The notes under the pieces are model-generated. The model had not been told where the DNA came from, did no database searches, and saw only the letters and a list, made by a program, of their open reading frames with translations. The translations under genes were made by a program, and so were the position numbers. Shown in pieces: positions 62,197 to 64,000 of a stretch of 64,000 bases of DNA (positions are counted from its first letter, which is position 1; the number at the start of each line of letters is the position of its first letter). The stretch covers positions 186,001 to 250,000 of the forward strand of contig JAUPSS010000012.1 of the NCBI GenBank assembly GCA_040285825.1, in the 5' to 3' direction. Source of the DNA: Eukaryota sp. TZLM1-RC (lineage: Eukaryota > Protista > Metamonada: BaSk clade).

Positions 62197-63175
62197 CTAA
62201 AACACATAAGAAACAAAATTCTCCACGCCAACTCTTGATGAATCCTTATAAAGTTTGGACATCATTAAACTCAAGTACTTGGGAACACTTCTGTACAAGG
62301 CGAAAATGATACGATTCTTCCATAAATTCCCTGCAAAATTCTTACCACTTGAACGGCATAAATTACCAAAATCATTGATAAAATTCAAGGCGGACTGTCC
62401 AATGTTGCCAGAAATCGAAAAGGCAAAAGGAACAAACGAAAACTTCGAGTAAATATTCTTATTTAAATCATTTAATATCTCAGTATATTTATCTCTTTTA
62501 CGATCTTCAGCCTTGTTTAAATGACCATTAGCACTAAGTAAAACATCATCACGATAAACAAAAGCAAAGGGATCAACTGTAGTAAAATCAACAACAACTT
62601 GAGAGGAATCCACAAAAGGAGCAATTATATCACCTCGACGTGAATTAAACAGATTATTATCGCTATAATGCTTCAACAACGGTTCTACTTTGCAACTGAA
62701 ATTGTAACACTTGAACATCTCATATGTGACATCACGAACCGCATTATGAAGAACCGACCGATATTGAAGAAATTTCTTACAACTACCAATATGACGGAAA
62801 TTGGCAGTAGGTTTTTCATTACAAATACAAACAGAATTATTCAAAAGACCACTTGGATACAGCCCCAATCTCAACCGCATGTTGTGTTTCCAAGCTTCAT
62901 TTGTTAAGTGAAGACCAAATGGCCTTGGTTGTTGAGATATTGAACTAGTGCAGCTCTGGATTTCTGATAAAAAGGCAGCAAAGACGAGATTATTAATCTT
63001 AGTCACACTAAGTCGTTTAGAAAAATCCAGGTCTTCAAAATCATTTAAAACAGACTTCTGTAATTTCACAACAGCAAGATGAAGATTGGTAAAAGATCTC
63101 GAAGGTACAGAAGGCAAACATGAAGGAAAACACTTATTCCACACATCAACATGTAGTTCCTGCACCATGTTAAAA
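62197..63175 (-). mobile_element. CRE-like family C 3' fragment with open RLE frame
   Basis: MRLRLG..CICN..HIGSC..HNAVRD..RRGDII..VVDFT..KRDKY..FVPFAFS. Confidence 0.85.
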
Positions 63176-63528
63176 TTGTAAAATTAATCAAATATATTAT
63201 ATAATATTAAATCTACACTTCGTTAGTAATGGTTAAAGAAAACTAATACAATGCACGGATTCTTGCTTTAAAAGCAAAAAACACCATCAACAACTATCGC
63301 CACGTCATCACACGTAGCAAAAAAGACCATCAATGGTGATTCATTCACAAAGGCAAGTGTTCATTTTGCAGTATTCAAAAAGAGTTCATTATGGAGATCT
63401 GAAAATGGAAATTGGCTCAACCCAGGAAAAGTCACTTGCAGCTCTTTCTTCATTCACACAACCAAGATGAACAAAATTCAAAACAAAAATTCTAAAAATA
63501 ATTTACTTATAAACAAATGAATACACAA

Positions 63529-63999
63529 CTAAGCATAATGATCAGTAAGACCACTCCGAACTATCTTAAAAGCCAAATTATCAGAAATATACAGATTATT
63601 TTCCAGTGTTACCGTTAGGTTCAACTGGAACTGAATTCTAAAACCTTCGCCTTCAGTAGACGTACACACGAATAATTTTGGGAACAACAAAAATAAAGGA
63701 ATTTCAACTTTTTTGGGGGGATCATCATGAGCTATTTGAATGTTCATGATTTCAGTTGATTCTCTCATTCTATCCACCCCAGTACCAACAGTTTCCACTC
63801 TCAATAGCTGAGCTTCTATACTCTTGATTGAAGTGTCACAGCGATCAATGCGAAGAAATCCAGATAAAGGTTTGCAAATATCACAAACACCCTTGTCTAA
63901 CTGGCCAACAATAGAAAAGTCAGGTAGGGAATTAATAGCATCAGTGGAGCTTTTTTTGAGCGAATCACGACTTAAAGTAAAGGAGAGAGGTTTTTGGTC
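63529..63999 (-). CDS. VPS26C: VPS26C/DSCR3 (Retriever subunit), 3' part
   Basis: The frame is open from the window edge: CKPLSGFL..IKSIEAQLLRVETVG..RESTEIMNIQIA..LLFPKLFVC..FQLNL. This matches the DSCR3 pattern QLVRVET..TEIQNIQIA..FPRLFTC. Confidence 0.85.
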   Translation of the reverse strand, partial: DQKPLSFTLSRDSLKKSSTDAINSLPDFSIVGQLDKGVCDICKPLSGFLRIDRCDTSIKSIEAQLLRVETVGTGVDRMRESTEIMNIQIAHDDPPKKVEIPLFLLFPKLFVCTSTEGEGFRIQFQLNLTVTLENNLYISDNLAFKIVRSGLTDHYA

Positions 64000-64000
64000 A

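Overview
This is AT-rich genomic DNA from a microbial eukaryote using the standard genetic code, with tiny GT-AG introns of 28-32 nt. The window is dominated by one giant minus-strand gene (51575-26795, about 8,220 aa once reconstructed). It encodes a type I membrane surface protein with a signal peptide, a G8-like N-terminus, about 6 RCC1 repeats split by four micro-introns, about 16.2 near-identical 1113-bp/371-aa tandem units, a PSI-like Cys module, a TM helix and a Ser/Pro-rich tail. Recognisable host genes are TRAPPC1/BET5 and NSF/SEC18 (head-to-head, 30 bp apart), a divergent eS12-like protein, a RING/B-box protein, an Apc4-like protein, a RING-UBX protein, a small membrane-anchored protein with a pseudogene paralog, and the 3' part of VPS26C. 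Mobile DNA is abundant. It includes a full-length Ty3/Gypsy element with 136-bp LTRs and an ATAG TSD, a 3' remnant of a second Gypsy family, about ten copies or fragments of CRE-like RT+RLE non-LTR elements from at least 3 families, BED-finger DNA-transposon remnants, and a 485-bp G-free T/A tract. Many single-base frameshifts lie in homopolymers and may be long-read errors. All family assignments come from motif recognition by eye; no database search was run.
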